A DNA stretch of 64,000 bases from Octopus vulgaris. Taxonomy: Eukaryota. A program made the position numbers and the translations under genes. The stretch spans positions 49,104,001 to 49,168,000 of the forward strand of contig OX597828.1 of the NCBI GenBank assembly GCA_951406725.2. Direction: 5' to 3'. The notes beneath the pieces are model-generated. The model saw only the letters and a program-made list of their open reading frames with translations. It was not told where the DNA came from and did not search any database. This document shows positions 54,840 to 64,000 of the stretch, piece by piece. How positions within the stretch are numbered: position 1 is the first letter of the stretch; the number at the start of each line of letters is the position of its first letter.

Positions 54840-55220
54840 GATTGGGGTCAGACACACAATGATTATGTGACTTTTAAAATTTTACAAGATATAATGAAAT
54901 CGAATGAGATACAACGAGGACAAAATACAAACATGAAATGAAGCAGAGAGATAGGTTACACTCCGACCCCACGAGCCCCATTCTCCTACTGGAATCTTTG
55001 TATGCAGACTTATGACATGTTCACGAGGAATCTTTCATTCCCGGCACCCTCACAACATGCAACCATCTTTCTTTGAACATTTTCTTTGACAGGCATCTTC
55101 TCTCCAGCCTCACCTTCCTTTTAAGGTGGAAGATGAAAAATCTCACCAACCCGAGACTGGAGATGAGGTTGCCTGTCGCCAAACCTTTCATTCGCGACTT
55201 CCATACCACCTCCTTCACTA
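54840..55220 (-). mobile_element. Probable L1/Tx1-like LINE 3' end
   Basis: KEVVWKSRMK..LVRFFIFHLKRKVRLERRCLSKKMFKERW resembles Tx1 ORF2 C-termini; followed by a T-rich UTR. Confidence 0.5.
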
Positions 55221-55926
55221 TTCAACATCAAGTGGAAAATCTTGGAGAAGTACAAACGTTATTGTATTAGTAGCAGAAAGTGCAGATTATGCCTAGCTTA
55301 GGAAAGAATTATATTAAAGAATTCTCACTGTCCCCAGATATCTATGTAAACTGAAAAAGAGGTTTTCAGCCTATGTCCACATGAGAGAAGGTACATGCTG
55401 GCTTACCTATGAGCCCCACTATGATTATAAACTGTAGGATCAACACCATTGATCCTTCCAACATTACATCCTGGAACCCCATAAATTTTTGACCGAAACA
55501 TACACACATGGACATGCACACATGCACCCAAACATGGGATTAAAGGTTTGGGCAAATTATTCCTTTCAAAATCTCCCTATACACTTCACAACCCTACACA
55601 TGTGCCAGACCCCTTAAACCCACTTTACACAGACATTTCCCTTTCAGACTCTTACAGCATCACAGTGAACTTAGGCTTCGTGGGTGACGAGCAAGGAGCA
55701 ACTCTTGTTAAATCCCTAAAAATAACTGTCTCCTGTGACATAATTTCATCTTTTTTCGCAGCACCCACATACCAGAAGGGACATTTTCTCACCCCCCCAA
55801 TAACAGAGAGCAACCAACATTTGTACCATCCTTGAAGAATACATGTATTAGTTAACTGCCCACTTATCTAATATCTAAAACCGATCGGTAATATTGGGTC
55901 TATAATACTGTATACTTTGTTTAATA

Positions 55927-55959
<33 letters not shown>

Positions 55960-56558
55960 ACACACATATAGGTGGAAGTTTGGCTGTATGGTAAGAAGTT
56001 TGCTTCCCAACCACATGGTTCTGGGTTCAGTTGCACTGCATGGCATTTTGGGGCAAGAGTCTTCTGCCTTGGTTCAACCATAGCTTTATGAATGGATTTG
56101 ATAGATGGAAACTAAAAGAATCCCATTGTATATATGTCTGTGTTTGTGTGTGTATGCATGCGTGCAAGTGTGAGCCTTTGTGTTTACCTACCACCAGCCA
56201 CTTGACAACCAGTTTTGCTGTGTTTATGTCCCTATGACTAAGCAGTTCAGCAACAGAAACTGATAGGATAATTACCAGGCTTAACAGATAATTACCGATG
56301 TTGATTTGATTGACTAAAATTCTTCAAGGCAGTACTCCAGCATGGCCACAGTCTAATGACTGAAACAAGTAAAATATAGAAGAAAATATATATATAGGTG
56401 CTGGCATGGCTGTGTGGTAAGTAGCTTGCTTACCAACCATGTGGTTCCAGGTTCAGTCCCACTGCATTGCACCTTGGGCAAGTGTCTTCTACTATAGCCT
56501 CGGACCAACTAAAGCTTTGTGAGTGGATTTGGTAGAAGGAAACTGAAAGAAGCCCTTC

Positions 56559-56604
<46 letters not shown>

Positions 56605-57172
56605 GTATCTATATGTTTGTGCGTCTGTGTTTGTCTCACCACCATCGCTTGATAACTGATGTTAGTGTGTTTACATCCTTGTAACTTAGCAGTTTAGAAA
56701 AAGAGACCGATAGAATAAGTACTAGGCTTACAAAGAATAAGTCCTAGGGTTGATTTGTTCGACTAAAGGCGGTGCTCCAGCATGGCTGCAGTCAAATGAC
56801 TGAAACAAGTAAAACAAAAAAAGAATATATATATCATCATCATCATCCTCATCGTTTAACATCTGCTTTCCATGCTAGCATGGGTTGGACAATTTGACTG
56901 AAGACTGGCAAACCAGATGGCTGCACCAGGCTCCAATCTTGACCCGGCAGAGTTTCTACAGCTGGATGCCCTTCCTAACGCCAACCACTCCGAGAGTGTA
57001 GTGGGTGCTTTTATGTGCCACCGGCACGAGGGCCCTCGCTGAGAAGTATGTGAAGGGGTACGTGTATCTGTGGAGTACTCAGCCACTTGCGCATTAATCT
57101 TACAAGCAAGCTGTTCAATTGATCAGATCAACTGGAACTCTTATCATCATAAGCAACGGCATGCCAGTTTTA

Positions 57173-57340
<168 letters not shown>

Positions 57341-57654
57341 CCTATATATATATATAGGGATGTTGATGCAAACAGGAAAAATAGAATTCAAAATATGAGT
57401 ATATGTACATTTGTATTAATGTTTAGCGGAAGTAATAGAGTCTGTTATTTGTGATACATTTGTGTGTGTGCACGTGTGTGTGTATGTTTGTGTGTGTGTG
57501 TGTGTGTTATAGTGTATGTATATGTGTTTCAGTATTGTGATGTATGATATAAAGCCCTCCCTTCCTCCCCCACCACCACTAAACAGTTATGAAACGGAAG
57601 AACAAGTTAATAAAAGTTACCTGGTGTAATCTGTCACATATACTGCAACACCTG

Positions 57655-57731
<77 letters not shown>
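57655..57731. repeat. (TG)n microsatellite
   Basis: Directly visible. Confidence 0.95.
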
Positions 57732-57733
<2 letters not shown>

Positions 57734-58154
57734 GTATGTATTCTAAGACTATCTTGTTTCTGAAAATCCAGCTATCAAATAAATATTTAATATAAGATAT
57801 AATAGTAATTATTGAAATCACAATATTGTTGCGGCAGGTAAGGTGGCAGCAAGCTAACGGAATTGTTACCATGCCAGACTAAATGATTTAAGACATTTCA
57901 CTCATCTTTATGTTCTGAGTTCAAGTTCTGCTGAGGTCGAGTTTGGCCTTTTGTCCTTTTGGAGTTGATAAAATAAATATCAGTTAAGAACTGGGGTCAA
58001 TGTAATCACCTTACCCTTCCTTGTGTTAAAATTTGAACCCAATATTATTATTGTATGTATGTGAGATATTCTAAGACACAACTCAGCCGAATTCTGCCAA
58101 TTTGGCCCTTTTCGGTACACTTCAGTAGACTACAGCACAATATGTACATATATA

Positions 58155-58595
58155 CAGGTCATCGTTGACTTATGACCTATCTGACTAACTGATCAACTTC
58201 ACGATGACTGGCAAGCCAGCTCTTGGCAGCAATAATAAATAGTCCAGTTGAAATCTAATGGGTTTAATTTCTTAGAAATTAACCCATCTATGGATGACGT
58301 CAGCTAACAAACGAAAAATCGAAGATCCACAGCCAAGCACCAGTCTACAATAAATTTTTGATGTAAGTTTTGCAACTGTTTCTTACACTACACTGTGTAT
58401 TTCTTGTATTTGCATTCTTTGGTACAAAAAATACTGTTGTAGTATAATACAGAATGGTGAGTGTAACTTTTACCTGAGAATGTACCTTAAGAATGTGAAA
58501 ATATAAAACAAAGCTATGTAAGCTTATAGGCCAACTTATGACCAAATCGAATTAAAACCGGTCAGTTGGAGCCAATTGTGGTCGTAAGTCAACGA

Positions 58596-58599
<4 letters not shown>
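58155..58599. mobile_element. Tigger/pogo-like MITE
   Basis: TIRs caggtcatcgttgacttatgacc / ggtcgtaagtcaacgacct flanked by TA. Confidence 0.65.
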
Positions 58600-58630
<31 letters not shown>

Positions 58631-59119
58631 TCATCATCATCATCACCATTTAACGTCCGTTTTCCATGCTAGCATGGGTTGGACGGTTCGACCTGGGTCT
58701 GGTAAGCCATGGAGGCAGCAATAGGCTCCAGTCTGATTTGGCAGTGTTTCTACAGTTGGATGCCCTTCCTAATGCCAACCACTCCGTGAGTGTAGTGGGT
58801 GTTTTTTTACGTGCCACCAGCACAGGAGCCAGAGCAGGCTGGCAAACGGCCATGATCAGTTGGTGCTTTTACGTGTCATCGACATGGACGCCAGTCAGGT
58901 GGCGCTAGTATCTGCCACATTCGGACGGTGCTTTTTACAAGTCACCGGCACTGGTGTCTTAACTACATGTTGACGTACTTGACTCAACAGGTCTCCTCAA
59001 GAATAGCGGGTCACTCTACGATCCAAGGTTAGCACAGCAGGCCTTCCTGCGAGCCATGAACTCAGTCACAGCATATCTCCAGAGGTCTCGGTCTTTCGTC
59101 ATATCCTCTGTGATGCATG

Positions 59120-59158
<39 letters not shown>

Positions 59159-60671
59159 TAACTAGCTGAGTACCCCTTGTTTAGTAATTATTACTTCTGA
59201 AGTTCTCCTAGCTCGGAAACATATGTAGCCTGGTGGAATTTGAACTCAGAATGTAGACAGACAAAATGCTGCCTAGCACATTGGCAGATGGGCCAACATT
59301 GCTGCCAGCTCACTGTCTTAATAATAATAATAATAATAATAATAATCCTTTTTACTATAGGCACAAAGCCTGAAATTTGGCGGGGAGGAGATAAGTTGAT
59401 TACATCGACCCCAATGTGTAACTGGTACTTATTTCATTGACCCCCCACCCCCCACTCCAAAAAAAAAGGATGAAAGGCAAAGTTGACCTTGGTATAATTT
59501 GAACTCAGAATGTAAGGACAGATGAAATATCACGAAGCATTTTGCCTGGTGTGCTAACAATTCTGCCAGATCACCACCTTAACAATAATAATGGTAATCT
59601 TTTCAACTATAGGCACAAGGTCTGAAATTTGGGGGATGGGACAGTTGATTACATGAACCCCAGTGCGTAACTGGTACTTAAGTTTATCAACACTGAAAGG
59701 TTGAAAGCCAAAGTCGACCTTGGTGGAATTTGAACTTAGAATGTCTTTAAGACAGACAGACGAAATGCCACTAAGCATTTTACCCAGCGTGCTAATGATT
59801 CTGCTAGCTCGCCGCCTTAATAATAATAATAATAATAATAATAATCCTTTTTAATCTAGGCACAAGGATTATGTAAAAGATTTAGCAAGTGAGAGGTGTT
59901 GTCTGTTTCAGCTGTCCTGTCCAATATGTGGAAGAAAACAAGTTTGAGCACAATGACCGAAGTAGGACAATGGTCAAGGAAGAGTTACTATAAATAAAAC
60001 CCACTTGATAGACAATCCTCTACATAATAGTTGAAGAGTTGCTTGACTAGCTAAAAATAATAGCCAATTTTACCTTGAATCATTCCCTATTGGAAAAGAC
60101 ACATATAATGATTATGTGTTTCTTAGATGGCTTTAAAAATAATGGCAAGGATGATGTCATGTTTGGAATGTCTCTTAATGATAGGGCAACTGAATCAGGG
60201 CCCCTGATCAGGGTCTTGACAACAACAACAACAACAACAACAGCAGCAGCAGTAGCAGCAGTAATGAAATCAATTAGAACAACAACAATAAGAACAGGAA
60301 CAACAACAGTTGAGCTGCTTCTCAGTGGAAAAGTTGATGTTATCTTGCTCTGTAAATAGATGAGAGAAATTATTAATAAAGCACCACCACCACCACCAAT
60401 ACCACTACCACCACCACCACCACCACCACCACCACCACCACCACAACCACCACCACCACCACACTGTGGGTGCACACACACTGGCACAGAACTGCAAATA
60501 CACACTCTGCTCTCTCTCCCTCTCTCCCTTTCTCTCTCTCTCTCCCTTTCTCTCTCTCTCTTTCTCTCTTCCCCCCACTCTCTCTCACACACAGTGTGGG
60601 TTCTTTGTTTCTTTTGTCTTATTAGGAAACAGCAATATCTAATAAAGAATAGTATTGTATTAATTTACTGA

Positions 60672-60703
<32 letters not shown>

Positions 60704-60723
60704 GTGCATGTGTGTGTATGTGC

Positions 60724-60780
<57 letters not shown>

Positions 60781-60797
60781 CATGTGTGTGTATGTGC

Positions 60798-60867
<70 letters not shown>

Positions 60868-60917
60868 GTATGTGTATATATATATATATATGCTAGCATG
60901 GAAAACGGACGCTAAAC

Positions 60918-60956
<39 letters not shown>

Positions 60957-61144
60957 ATATATATATATAAATATATATATATGTATATGTATATGTATAT
61001 ATACATACACACACATTCATAGATGCACATGCACATATATATACACACACTCAGTAAATTAATACAATACTATATATATGTATATATGCTACACATGTAT
61101 GAGTGTGTGTGTATATCTATGTATACCTATATGTAAGTAATATG

Positions 61145-61183
<39 letters not shown>

Positions 61184-61942
61184 TCCATTGATTCGCTCAT
61201 ATACATAATATACATATACATACATACATGCACATACATATATATATATGTGTGTGTGTGTGTGTCTTTGTGTTTGTGTGTGTGCATGTGTGTGTGTGCA
61301 TGTATATAATTTATAGTCTGCTAAAATGACTAATCAGAGCACATGCAAAAGAGAGAGAGAGAGGGAAAAAGAGAAAGAGAGAGAGAGACAGCGACAGACA
61401 GACAGACAGACAGACAGACAGGCAGAGGGAGATGGAGACAGACAGACAGCCAGGCATACAGACAGAGCATGTTGTAAAATACTGATATTGCCATGTCAGC
61501 AGGAATGTCTTTGGTTTGTTTAGTTCCAGGTAGATTAGATTGTGTGTAGCGAGAGAGAAGAAAAACGGTGAAGAATTGAAATATGCAGACATCACAGATA
61601 AAATAGATTGAAATACAGGAGAGGAGAAAGAAAAAAGAAAAAAAAAAGATTGATTTTGCGAAGTGTGCGATGAGTCTAATGGTAGGAATATATTAGAAGA
61701 AACGGTAGAGAGGAAGAGGTGAAGGTAGAGGCAGTAGAATGGAGAGAGAGAGAGGGGGGGAGGGAGAGAGAGAGAGACAGACAGACAGACAGAGGAGAAA
61801 AAGAGGTGGAAGAAGAAGAAGAATATATATATACCATTTAGGTGGTGGTGGTCTGAAAAGGACTGATAGTTATCATTCTACTAATAATCAACTAGGTTTC
61901 ATTAATTCCCCCCGCACCTCTTCCACCCCCTCTCTCTCTCTA

Positions 61943-62132
61943 TTCTTCTTCTTCTTCTTCTTCTTCTTCTTCTTCTTCTTCTTCTTCTTCTTCTTCTTCT
62001 TCTTCTTCTTCTTCTTCTTCTTCTTCTTCTTCTTCTTCTTCTTCTTCTTCTTCTTCTTCTTCTTCTTCTTCTTCTTCTTCTTCTTCTTCTTCTTCTTCTT
62101 CTTCTTCTTCTTCTTCTTCTTCTTCTTCTTCT
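61943..62132. repeat. Pure (TTC)n tract, about 60 units
   Basis: Directly visible. Confidence 0.95.
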
Positions 62133-62152
62133 CATATATATATATATATACA

Positions 62153-62247
<95 letters not shown>

Positions 62248-62270
62248 CATATGCAGACACACAAGTACAG

Positions 62271-62303
<33 letters not shown>

Positions 62304-63375
62304 TGTATAGATTTATATGTACATACATATAAATGTATACATAACTCAATCAACATTTTGCTCTGGTCAAAAAGGTTAAACAACCCTCTGTTATAAACAT
62401 CCATAACTGTTATATACAGCCTGAAGAAATGACTCCATGAAGATGATCTACCCAATGCCCCCGGATGCTACACGCAACACTGGAATCACCTCAGGAATAC
62501 AGACTGTGACCTTAAGAGACATGAGTGTTATTGAAACGCGTGTGGAAATGCTCTCTTTTACTCTCTTTTACTTGTTTCAGTCATTTGACCTCAGCCATGC
62601 TGGAGCACCACCTTTAATCGAGCAACTCAACCCCGGGACTTAATCTTTTGTACTTATTCTATCGGTCTCTTTGCCCGAACCACTAAGTAACGGGGATAAT
62701 AAACACACCAGCTTCGGTTGTCAAGCAATGCTAGGGGGACAAACACAGACACACAAACACACACACGCATATATATATATATATACACATATATACGACG
62801 GGCTTCTTTCAGTTTCCGTCTACCAAATCCACTCACAAGGCATTGGTCGGCCCGAGGCTATAGTAGAAGACACTTGCCCAAGGTGCCACGTAGTGGGACT
62901 GAACCCGGAACCATGTGGTTGGTAAACAAGCTACTTACCACACAGCCACTCCTGCGCCTGTGCATTAAATATTTATTAATTCCATCCAATGATTATTACT
63001 TCTGCCTTCGCTAAGGCAGTGGTATTGTTTTCAGTTGTGTTTGTTTGTCCATGGACAAAATATCTCAAGAACCGCTGGATGGATTCAGATGAAACTTCCA
63101 GGGATGTTTGGCCTCATGACTGCGAATGTGAGAAACAAATGGAAAACAAGACAAGTAACATAAAAAAAACGACCCTTCATCAGTTGTCGGCTGTTAATCT
63201 ACTCCACATTTTGAGCAATGAACAACAATATCAGTCTTCGAAGACAGTTGCCCCATAAGTACCAAAATAGAATTTGGGATTTAAGGAGTGTCAGTGTTGG
63301 GAGCAAAAACAGGACAGGGAAAACAAACGAGGGCCGCCAAGCCAGACGAGGTAAGGTGGCGAACACTGGAGGATG

Positions 63376-63414
<39 letters not shown>

Positions 63415-63791
63415 GCAGGAGTGGCGGTGTAGTAAGTAGCTTCCCACTGCGTGGCATCTTGGGCAAGTGTCTTCTGCTATAGCCCCAGGCTGACCAATGC
63501 CTTGTGAGTGGATTTGGTAGACGGAAACTGAAAGAAACCTGTCGTATATATGTATATATATGTGTGTGTGTGTGTATATGTTTGTGTGTCTGTGTTTGTC
63601 CCCCCTAGCATTGCTTGACAACCGATGCTGGTGTGTTTACGTCCCCGTCACTTAGCGGTTCGGCAAAAGAGATCAATAGAATAAGTACTGGGCTTACAAA
63701 GAATAAGTCCCGGGGTCAATTTGCTCGACTAAAAGGTGGTGCTCCAGCATGGTCGCAGTCAAATGACTGAAACAAGTAAAAAAAAAAAGAG

Positions 63792-63818
<27 letters not shown>

Positions 63819-63822
<4 letters not shown>

Positions 63823-64000
63823 CAAATTTACAAAAGCACAAAAGATGAAGACGGGTGTAGGAACAACAAGCTGATGTATTAGTTTAATGCTCAGGAAGAA
63901 TGGAAAAGTCTTTTACATTTTAAGCCTATGCTCTTCAACAGAGGAAAAAATGGAGAGAGAACGAAAAAACCAAGAGAGAAAAACTGTGTAGAGTTCAGTG
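63819..64000 (-). mobile_element. Penelope-like terminal fragment with a decayed hammerhead-like motif
   Basis: Follows (TA)n; minus strand reads ctgTTGAAGAGCatagGCTTAAAAtgtaaaagac, with core boxes mutated. Confidence 0.4.

Overview
AT-rich, repeat-dense animal genomic DNA, not prokaryotic. The SINE families and microsatellite load strongly resemble an Octopus (coleoid cephalopod) genome; this is an inference from pattern recognition. Almost all ORFs in the supplied track are microsatellite or SINE artefacts. Two host genes are supportable, both on the + strand. (1) The last three coding exons (1056-1220, 1887-2024, 4786-4833) of a small ankyrin-repeat-like protein with an inserted C-x6-C-x4-C-x-H motif. 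(2) A 376-aa single-coding-exon gene (20584-21714) that resembles CCDC190/DUF4697-type coiled-coil proteins, with a candidate non-coding first exon and RFX X-box-like motifs about 10 kb upstream. The remainder is about 22 copies of one tRNA-headed SINE, three other short-retroposon families, decayed mariner, RTE, CR1, R4/Dong, Tx1 and Penelope pieces, and non-autonomous Helitrons. Two observations stand out. First, long fold-back elements, probably Penelope-derived, carry minimal hammerhead-ribozyme motifs on both strands (24676-25106, 29671-29840). Second, three MITEs have GG..CC termini and exact 8-bp target-site duplications (Merlin-like); two carry telomere-like TTAGGG repeats and one contains a whole SINE (10949-11369, 13996-14521, 18457-18736).
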